From assembly GCA_963793305.1 (NCBI GenBank), contig CAWBZV010000022.1, positions 1-32,679 of the forward strand: a DNA stretch of 32,679 nucleotides, given 5' to 3'. The notes beneath the pieces are model-generated. The model did not search any database. It was not told the origin of the DNA and worked only from the letters and a program-made list of their open reading frames with translations. Shown in pieces: positions 23,170 to 29,682 of this stretch (its first letter is position 1; each line of letters begins with the position of its first letter). The position numbers were made by a program, and so were the translations under genes. The stretch is from an uncultured Gemmatimonadales bacterium (GTDB lineage Bacteria; Gemmatimonadota; Gemmatimonadetes; Gemmatimonadales; Gemmatimonadaceae).

Positions 23170-23582
23170 TCCGGGCCATAAGGAGATTCTCGCCAGGGTT
23201 CCTCTAGCGGCTGGTACTCCCAGTGGCCGTGGTATTCCGAGTTCTCCTGGTACTCCTCGTACTCATACTCCTGGTAATCTGATATCGTCGGGTTCCCAGG
23301 TTGCACCTTCCTGCGCCCCACGCATAGGGGGCACAGCGGCTTGATGTGGTGCATCTTGTGAAGCCGTCGCTCGAATCGCCTCGTAACGTTCTGCCAGACT
23401 CGCGCAACGGTGAACTCGATGCCAGCGCGGCATGCCGCCTCGATGAGCCGCGAGCCTGTCCCGGCCCGATGCATCGCGGTGCGGCGCGCGAGGTTGCGCG
23501 TAAATCCGACATAATGCCGCGCGTGATGATACGGCCGACTGAAGTGCAGCAGGTAAACGGTACCGAGTCGTGGCTCCGCCAT
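23166..23582 (-). CDS. small GIY-YIG superfamily endonuclease-like protein with CPxC and an acidic/aromatic tail
   Basis: MAEPRLGTVYLLHF...HARHYVGFTRNLARR..MH..G.GSRL...ARVW...FERRL...CPLC; ATG at 23582. Confidence 0.72.
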   Translation of the reverse strand: MAEPRLGTVYLLHFSRPYHHARHYVGFTRNLARRTAMHRAGTGSRLIEAACRAGIEFTVARVWQNVTRRFERRLHKMHHIKPLCPLCVGRRKVQPGNPTISDYQEYEYEEYQENSEYHGHWEYQPLEEPWRESPYGPD

Positions 23583-23639
23583 ACTTATATAGACAGGGAT
23601 GCCCCCAACAATAATCAATCGAGCTGAGTAATACGGTTC

Positions 23640-24161
23640 ATGCGCACCGCTCTCGCCCCATTCGCCGTACTCGCCGCCGTCTACATGGCGCCGCTCTCGG
23701 CCCAGTTCCGCCCAGCGCAGCCGAGCGAGCGAACTCGCGAGCTTCGCTACTCGCTGAGCGACCGCGCCTACGTCGCGATCTTCGTGATCCTGCCAGGCCA
23801 CGGAGTCGCGCTGCTGTACCCGTTCAACGCACAGAAGGCACCCGAACCCGCTGGCGACCACGACCTGGCGATCGAATCCGCGAACGTGCGCCACGAGCAG
23901 CGGGTACAAGCGCTCCTGTCGAATGGCGACCAAGCCGACGAGACCTACTTGTTACTCATCGCCTCACGAGTCCCTTTGCGGCTCACCCCTTACGTGGCGC
24001 ACCAAGACGCGCTCGACTCGGCCATTGGCCCCGAGGTGCAACACGGCGCGTCGATGGACGCCGTGGTCACGGGCTTGGTGAAGCTCGTGGTGAACGTATC
24101 GAGCGCCGACGACATCGCCTACGACGTGGACCAAACGCGCAGCGTGATCCCGCGACGCTAG
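23640..24161 (+). CDS. secreted hypothetical protein, DUF4384-like
   Basis: Signal peptide ending PLSA-Q; AYVAIF...PG.GV.LLYP and YLLLIASR.PL motifs resemble DUF4384-type domains (recognition by eye). Confidence 0.6.
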   Translation: MRTALAPFAVLAAVYMAPLSAQFRPAQPSERTRELRYSLSDRAYVAIFVILPGHGVALLYPFNAQKAPEPAGDHDLAIESANVRHEQRVQALLSNGDQADETYLLLIASRVPLRLTPYVAHQDALDSAIGPEVQHGASMDAVVTGLVKLVVNVSSADDIAYDVDQTRSVIPRR

Positions 24162-25216
24162 CGGTCTCTCGGCAACCGGATGCCGTACCGCCCGAGGAAT
24201 AGCGCCAGCTCCTCGGTGAGCGGCGACCCGGTCTCGCTCCGACTCCGCCCGGCGAGGTCGAGCCAGTAGGCGCCACGTCGCTTGAGATCCGCCCGGGTGC
24301 CGCTGTCGAGCGCCGTCTCACTCAGCACGGTATCACCGCCAGCCGTTAGCGACGCAACACCGGCCGCGTCGTCCCCGTGTATCCAGAGCAGCCGCCAGGT
24401 CTTGCCACCTCGCGTATACGTCCGAAACGGCGGCGTCTGCGCCACCTGTACCTCTTTGTACTCCGCGAACCGCTCGAACTCACTCACGATAGTGCGAACG
24501 AGCGCGGCTTTCTCATCAGGAGTCACGCTCCGCGGAAACGCCGGCGCCTGCCGAATGACTTTCGCCGGCGTCCCCACGGCCAGGCTGCACGGCGGGATAT
24601 TGCCGGCGACGAGCGAGTTGGCGCCAATGACCGCCCCGTCTCCGATCGTCGACCCGGGCATCACGAAGACCCGCCAGGGCAGCCAGACGCTCTTGCCGAG
24701 GGTCACCGGCTCATAGGTCGCCTGATAGCCATCGAGCACGTTGAGCCACGCCCCGTGCGTGAAGATGAGGCAGTGGCCCCCGATGCCCGTGTCATCGCCG
24801 ATGATCACCGGCTTGGTCGCGTTGATATTGGCGAGCTGGAGGATGATGGTGCGCGACCCCAGCACGAACCGCGACTCCGGCAGCGTCGGTCCGCCGACAT
24901 AGACCTGCTCGCGGATCCGCGCATCCTCGCCGATCTCGATGCGCTCGCACGAGATGTAGCTCATGGTCCCGACGCTCGAATGCCGCCCGATGGTAATCGA
25001 GCGCCCTTGCACGATCGCCAGCAGGCCGATCTCGACATGGTCGGCCAGGGTCACCTCGCGCCCGATGACGACGCCGCCGGGGGCGATCTTGACGCCGCGC
25101 CCGATCTTGTAGCCGAGGAACGTGCGGTACGCCCACACTTTGAGAGGGCTCGGCATCCAGCCGAACATCGCCAGATGGGCGATCGGCAGACGCGAGGATG
25201 GTATCAGTGTACGCAC
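24158..25216 (-). CDS. hexapeptide-repeat (left-handed beta-helix) acyl/acetyltransferase with an extra C-terminal domain
   Basis: IGRGVKI, IGEDARI, IGDDTGIGGHCLIFTHG, VMPGSTIGDGAVIGANSLV, AVGTPAKVIR; GTG start at 25216 inferred. Confidence 0.85.
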   Translation of the reverse strand: MRTLIPSSRLPIAHLAMFGWMPSPLKVWAYRTFLGYKIGRGVKIAPGGVVIGREVTLADHVEIGLLAIVQGRSITIGRHSSVGTMSYISCERIEIGEDARIREQVYVGGPTLPESRFVLGSRTIILQLANINATKPVIIGDDTGIGGHCLIFTHGAWLNVLDGYQATYEPVTLGKSVWLPWRVFVMPGSTIGDGAVIGANSLVAGNIPPCSLAVGTPAKVIRQAPAFPRSVTPDEKAALVRTIVSEFERFAEYKEVQVAQTPPFRTYTRGGKTWRLLWIHGDDAAGVASLTAGGDTVLSETALDSGTRADLKRRGAYWLDLAGRSRSETGSPLTEELALFLGRYGIRLPRDR

Positions 25217-25225
25217 GCTAACCTG

Positions 25226-25235
25226 ACAATATACT
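25226..25235. promoter_or_regulatory. overlapping bidirectional -10 elements for (near-)leaderless divergent genes
   Basis: Plus strand TATACT 25230-25235, 7 nt before ATG 25243. Minus strand TATTGT 25231-25226, 9 nt before GTG 25216. No SD on either side. Confidence 0.5.
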
Positions 25236-25242
25236 GGTAGAT

Positions 25243-26589
25243 ATGCTCCGATTCTCGCCGGCCGCGCTCGCCCTCGAACCCTCATTGCGGTACGGGCTCA
25301 ACGTCCTGGTCGATCAGTCGCGCGTGCTGGTGGTCGATGACCCTGCCGCCGACGTGGTAACGCTCGATGTCGACCCGACGCCCGGTGCAGCGGGCTACAC
25401 GGTCTCCGACGGTACGGTCACCGTCACCAAGTCCGCCCTTGTTCGGGTGCTCGACGTGGCCGGCGCCGAGACGGAGGGCCGTTCATCCGCGCGCGACCGC
25501 TACGGGCGTGTCCCGTCGTCGGCCAACCCGGTCGTGATCGACCACTCGGAGCGCCGCCCGGTTATCACCGAAGCCGCGGTCGTCTTCCGCGAACGCGTCC
25601 GCGAAGCGGCGGGGCGGCGGTGCGTCCGCGTGCTGGCGCCGTGGCCGGATGGCAAGCGCTGGGCGGCCGCCTTGACCCACGATGTCGACGTGGTCACCGG
25701 TTGGCCCGCGTTCACGGCGCTGCGTCTCGTCGAGCTGCTCCGCAAGGGTGAGCTTCGCCGCGCGGGCCGTGTCATCGCCGCCGCCCTGGGCGCGATCGGT
25801 GGTGACCCCGCGTGGCAAGGCATGGCCAATGTGCTCTCGGCCGAACGCCAGGCTGGCGTTGTCTCGACCTGGTTTCTGCTCTGTGGCACGCCGACGTGGT
25901 CGACGTGGCGCGCGGGGGATCTGACGTACTCACCCGAGTCGCTGGTGGTGAAGCGCCTGCTCGACGCACTTGCCGCCGCTGGTCACGAGGTCGGCTTGCA
26001 CGGAAGCTTCGCGACGTACGACAACGCCGAAATGTTCGCCGAGCAGCGGCGCCGTCTCTCCGCGCTGGGCGCGAAGCCGGCGGGTGTGCGACAGCACTAT
26101 CTGCGCATGGCCCCGGGCGCGACGCAGACGGCGATGCGCGCCGCGGGATTCTCGTACAATGCCACGTTCGGCTTCCCGGATCGAAACGGCTTCCGACTGG
26201 GCGTGGCAGACGTTGTCCCATCACGAGAGGAAGGGCTCGACGAGGTGCCGTTGGTCTGGATGGACCGCGCGCTCAGCAAGTACCGGGGTATCGAAGACCC
26301 TAATGCCTGGGTCGATGACGCGCTGGAGTTGGCGGCCACCGCGCGCGAGGTGAACGGCCTCTGGGTCGGCCTGTGGCACTGCAATCTGACGCCGCCGCTG
26401 GGCTACCCGGATGCGCCCGCCGCCTACGCGCGCCTGCTCGCCGAGATCATGCGCGAATCCCCGTACGTCGCCACGCTCGACCGTCTTGTGGCCTGGCGCC
26501 ACGCCCGCCGCGGCATACGGGCGACGGCCGTCGCGCCCGACGGCCGGTGCTCACTCTCGATGCCCTGGGACCTCGAGCCCGTCGTATAG
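25243..26589 (+). CDS. polysaccharide deacetylase-like (CE4/NodB fold) protein
   Basis: WPDGKRWAAALTHDVD, GHEVGLHGS, GVRQHYLR, T.GFPDRNGFRLG, EVPLVWMD, LWH. Confidence 0.8.
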   Translation: MLRFSPAALALEPSLRYGLNVLVDQSRVLVVDDPAADVVTLDVDPTPGAAGYTVSDGTVTVTKSALVRVLDVAGAETEGRSSARDRYGRVPSSANPVVIDHSERRPVITEAAVVFRERVREAAGRRCVRVLAPWPDGKRWAAALTHDVDVVTGWPAFTALRLVELLRKGELRRAGRVIAAALGAIGGDPAWQGMANVLSAERQAGVVSTWFLLCGTPTWSTWRAGDLTYSPESLVVKRLLDALAAAGHEVGLHGSFATYDNAEMFAEQRRRLSALGAKPAGVRQHYLRMAPGATQTAMRAAGFSYNATFGFPDRNGFRLGVADVVPSREEGLDEVPLVWMDRALSKYRGIEDPNAWVDDALELAATAREVNGLWVGLWHCNLTPPLGYPDAPAAYARLLAEIMRESPYVATLDRLVAWRHARRGIRATAVAPDGRCSLSMPWDLEPVV

Positions 26590-27735
26590 CGCGGCGAACT
26601 GATCGATGATGCGCGCCCAGCTGAACCGCCGCTCGACCGCCAGCTGCCCATCCACCCCGAGCCGCTCGGCGAGCGCACGGTCCGCGATGAGCCGGCGGAG
26701 CGCCTCGGCCAACGCGGTCGCGTCGTTCGGCGGCACGATCACGCCGGTCTTGCCGTCGTCCACGATATCCGTGATGCCACCGAGCGCGGTGGTCACGACC
26801 GGCACCCGGTAGCTCATCGCTTCCATGAGGACCATGCCCAGTCCTTCCGTGTCGCCGCGTCTGTCGACGACAGCGGGCAGGGCGAACGCGGTCGCGCTCG
26901 CGTACGCCCGGTGGAGCTCCTCCGGGGTGACCCATCCCCGAAACGACACGCGATCGGTCACCCCGCGCTCCTTCGCCCGCGCTTCGAGTGATTCGCGCTC
27001 GGGCCCATCGCCGATGACGACCACCGTGGCCCGCGGCACCAGGGCCACCGCATCGATGAGATACGCCACGCCTTTGCGCTCGACGAGTCGCCCGACGTAC
27101 AGAATCGTCGCCGGATCGCGCACCGCGGGATGCGCCGGCATTGCGACCGCGTACGGAATCACCTCGACGGGGATGTCACTCCCGGCCAACGCCGTCACTT
27201 CTCGCGCGGTGCTCGTCGAGATCGCGACGACGCGATCCGCGGTCCGAATCGCGCGCCGCAAAAATCCTCTTAAGGCGGGGATGCGCTGTGTGACCCACCG
27301 CAGCTCGATGCTATAGAACTGCATGATGATGCGCGTCCGCCGGCGCGCCGCACGGGCCACCCACCCGAAGAGCGCGTGCGGCAGCGGCCAGTGCACGTGC
27401 ACGATATCGTACTGCTCGCGGCGCTGCAGTCGCCACATGGCGACGGACCCGAACAGGAGATAGAACGCCGGCAGGATCGTGTAGAACAGCGACCGCCGCA
27501 TGCGGTCCGGCGCCGACTCCTCGTGGGTCAGGTTCTCCCACCGCCGGAAGAAATATCGAAACCGGTGGATCGGTATGCCGTCGAGGGTGGTATTACCACC
27601 ACCTTTGTACGCCGACGTGAAGACTTCGATCGCATATCCACGCGCACGAAGCCGTCGGATCGTCTCGGCCAGCCACTTCACGGTCGGGTCGTCGGCGTCC
27701 CGAGGAAAGGCCGTCGACACCACGAGGATGCGCAC
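26551..27735 (-). CDS. GT4 (GT-B) glycosyltransferase
   Basis: MRILVVSTAFP, DIVHVHW, YVGRLVERKG, IGDGP, EGLGMVLMEAM, GGITDIV; GTG start at 27735. Confidence 0.92.
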   Translation of the reverse strand: MRILVVSTAFPRDADDPTVKWLAETIRRLRARGYAIEVFTSAYKGGGNTTLDGIPIHRFRYFFRRWENLTHEESAPDRMRRSLFYTILPAFYLLFGSVAMWRLQRREQYDIVHVHWPLPHALFGWVARAARRRTRIIMQFYSIELRWVTQRIPALRGFLRRAIRTADRVVAISTSTAREVTALAGSDIPVEVIPYAVAMPAHPAVRDPATILYVGRLVERKGVAYLIDAVALVPRATVVVIGDGPERESLEARAKERGVTDRVSFRGWVTPEELHRAYASATAFALPAVVDRRGDTEGLGMVLMEAMSYRVPVVTTALGGITDIVDDGKTGVIVPPNDATALAEALRRLIADRALAERLGVDGQLAVERRFSWARIIDQFAALYDGLEVPGHRE

Positions 27736-27742
27736 ACGTGCA

Positions 27743-27748
27743 AAGGTA
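27743..27748 (-). promoter_or_regulatory. putative -10 element (TACCTT) of a leaderless GT4 transcript
   Basis: TAnnnT hexamer exactly 7 nt upstream of GTG 27735; no SD. Confidence 0.4.
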
Positions 27749-27780
27749 TCGCGCGCATCGACGCACGTCCATCCAACGCA

Positions 27781-27786
27781 TATACT
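27781..27786 (+). promoter_or_regulatory. putative -10 element (TATACT) for the flippase-like gene
   Basis: Near-consensus hexamer 11 nt upstream of ATG 27798. Confidence 0.4.
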
Positions 27787-27797
27787 CCCGCACAGGC

Positions 27798-28856
27798 ATG
27801 AGCGACGGTTCCCCAGACAGCGGGAGCTCGGCGAAGCCGGGCTCAGGTCAACCGACCAGTCGAGCGCGCAGCGCATCGACGCGCGGCGGAGCCGCGCCAG
27901 GCTGGAGAAAAGTGGTCCAGTGGGGCGCCGGCGTGGCGCTCATCGCCGGCTTCGTCGCGCTCTACAAGTTCTATCAGTCGTACACGGCCCAGCTGCGGGT
28001 TCCAGTCGGCGTGTCCTGGGGCGAGGTGTTGCTCGCCTCTCTGATCTGGGCGAGCGGCTACACCCAGATGATCCTGCTCTGGTCGAGCAGCTTCACGTGG
28101 TGGGGCTCGTCACTCCCGTGGTACAAGGGCCTGCGCGTGTTCTTCGTGACGAACCTGGCGCGCTACATCCCGGGTGCGATCTGGCAGTTCGCGGGGCTGG
28201 CCGCGATGACGATCGAGGCCGGCGGCTCGGCGACCGCTGCCGCGGCCGGCGTGATCCTGCTGCAGATCGTGACGCTGGCGACCGGCATCATGCTCACGGT
28301 GTCGGCGGCACCGAGGCTGCTGCCATTGACGGCCGGGCTCACGGGCCTCGAGCAACTCCTGATCGCGGCGTTGCTCGTCGCCATCCTGATCGTGGCGCTG
28401 CCGCACTTGCTCCCGCGCATTCGCGCGCTGTTGGAGCGCATCATCAAGAAGCCGGTGCCGCTGCCGACGCCGCCGCGCGGTCAGTTCGCGCTCTACGTCG
28501 TTCGCTGCGCTGGGAACTGGCTGATTTACGGGTTCGCGTTCTGGCTCTTCAGCCGTGCGCTGCTAGGGCAGGGGGCCCCGAGCCCGTGGGTCGCGATCAC
28601 GTGCTATGTCGCGAGCTATCTCGCGGGACTGATCGCCGTGTTCGCGCCGGGTGGGATCGTCGTGCGCGAGGGCGCGATCATCGGCCTCTTGCAACCATCG
28701 ATTGGCGTCGAAGCCGCGACGATTCTGGCGATCGCATCGCGATTCTGGCAGATCGCGATCGAGGTCGTGTGCGCGTGCGTGATGGTGGGAGCCGATTGGC
28801 TCCGCTCACGCTTTGCGCACAAGGAAAATGAACTGGTACCGGAGCGGCGGCAGTGA
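27798..28856 (+). CDS. lysylphosphatidylglycerol synthase TM-domain (UPF0104) flippase-like membrane protein
   Basis: Multiple TM helices; NLARYIPGAIW and FAPGGIVVREG motifs. Confidence 0.8.
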   Translation: MSDGSPDSGSSAKPGSGQPTSRARSASTRGGAAPGWRKVVQWGAGVALIAGFVALYKFYQSYTAQLRVPVGVSWGEVLLASLIWASGYTQMILLWSSSFTWWGSSLPWYKGLRVFFVTNLARYIPGAIWQFAGLAAMTIEAGGSATAAAAGVILLQIVTLATGIMLTVSAAPRLLPLTAGLTGLEQLLIAALLVAILIVALPHLLPRIRALLERIIKKPVPLPTPPRGQFALYVVRCAGNWLIYGFAFWLFSRALLGQGAPSPWVAITCYVASYLAGLIAVFAPGGIVVREGAIIGLLQPSIGVEAATILAIASRFWQIAIEVVCACVMVGADWLRSRFAHKENELVPERRQ

Positions 28857-29462
28857 GCCTATCGCGCGGAGCGCGAGGCGGAGCGCCATGCGGAGCGGCC
28901 GCCGGTTCTTGAAGATCGCGGGCCCCGGGTCCCCGGTCACACGCACGACTTTAAGGCCCGCGTCCTGAATAATGCGCTTCCACCCCGCGAGCGTGTCCCG
29001 ATGCTCGATGGGTTGCGTTGTCTTGATGTAGAAATTGGGCACGACACTCACGCCGAGTCCATCGGTCGTCAACACGCGCGCCATCTCGCGGAACCCTTGT
29101 CGCACATTGGGAAAATGTTCCATTGACCCGAACGAAAAGACGCGATCGAACGTCCCGTCGCCGAATGGCAATGTCATGCCATCGCCTACGACCCACGCGA
29201 TCTGCTCGCGCGGCTTCTCCCGCTGTGCGGCGAGCCTGATCGCGGTCTCCGAGAAATCGACCCCAATCGCGTTCGCCACACCACCGCGAGCGACCGCCAG
29301 CGCCGTCGCCCATCCGACGCCTGACCCCAGATCCAGAAACCGCGTGCCCCCGAGCGGCTCGAGCGCGCTCAGGGCATGCCACAGCCGCTCGGGATTCGGA
29401 CGGTCGACGTCTTCGCCGTAGTGGTAGCGTTCGTCGTAAAAGGCCCGATTAGTCGTCGACAT
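28806..29462 (-). CDS. class I SAM-dependent methyltransferase
   Basis: FLDLGSGVG, GVDFS, GDG..LPF.DGTFD, SMEHF, EMARVL; ATG 29462 preferred (29513 lies inside the repeat). Confidence 0.88.
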   Translation of the reverse strand: MSTTNRAFYDERYHYGEDVDRPNPERLWHALSALEPLGGTRFLDLGSGVGWATALAVARGGVANAIGVDFSETAIRLAAQREKPREQIAWVVGDGMTLPFGDGTFDRVFSFGSMEHFPNVRQGFREMARVLTTDGLGVSVVPNFYIKTTQPIEHRDTLAGWKRIIQDAGLKVVRVTGDPGPAIFKNRRPLRMALRLALRAIGSLPPLRYQFIFLVRKA

Positions 29463-29496
29463 GCCGTCGGACAACGTAGTCGAGCCTCCGGGCTGC

Positions 29497-29627
29497 CCGC
29501 TAGCGGACGACATATCGGCGTAGGCGATCTGCTTCGAACATGACTCTGGGAGGGACCGCTAGCGGACGACATATGGGCGTAGGCGATCTGCTTTTCGAAC
29601 ATCGTCCGAAGCCCATATGTCGTCCGC
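29497..29627. repeat. intergenic composite repeat: two ~45-47-bp direct repeats plus a 17-bp inverted copy (REP-like)
   Basis: 29497-29541 and 29556-29602 differ by 1 substitution and a 2-nt indel; 29562-29578 is the exact reverse complement of 29611-29627. Confidence 0.9.
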
Positions 29628-29682
29628 GACCGAGGCTGCGACGGCTAGCGTACGCGCCGAGCAGGCGGCAGTTTTCGCCGCC

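Noticed and set aside
23166..24161. IS element with a CTAG target-site duplication
   Set aside because: No terminal inverted repeats and no transposase; both CTAGs are explained by interlocked TAG stops.
29497..29602. Mini CRISPR array
   Set aside because: Only two direct copies, a 14-nt spacer, a third partial copy inverted, and no cas genes in the window.
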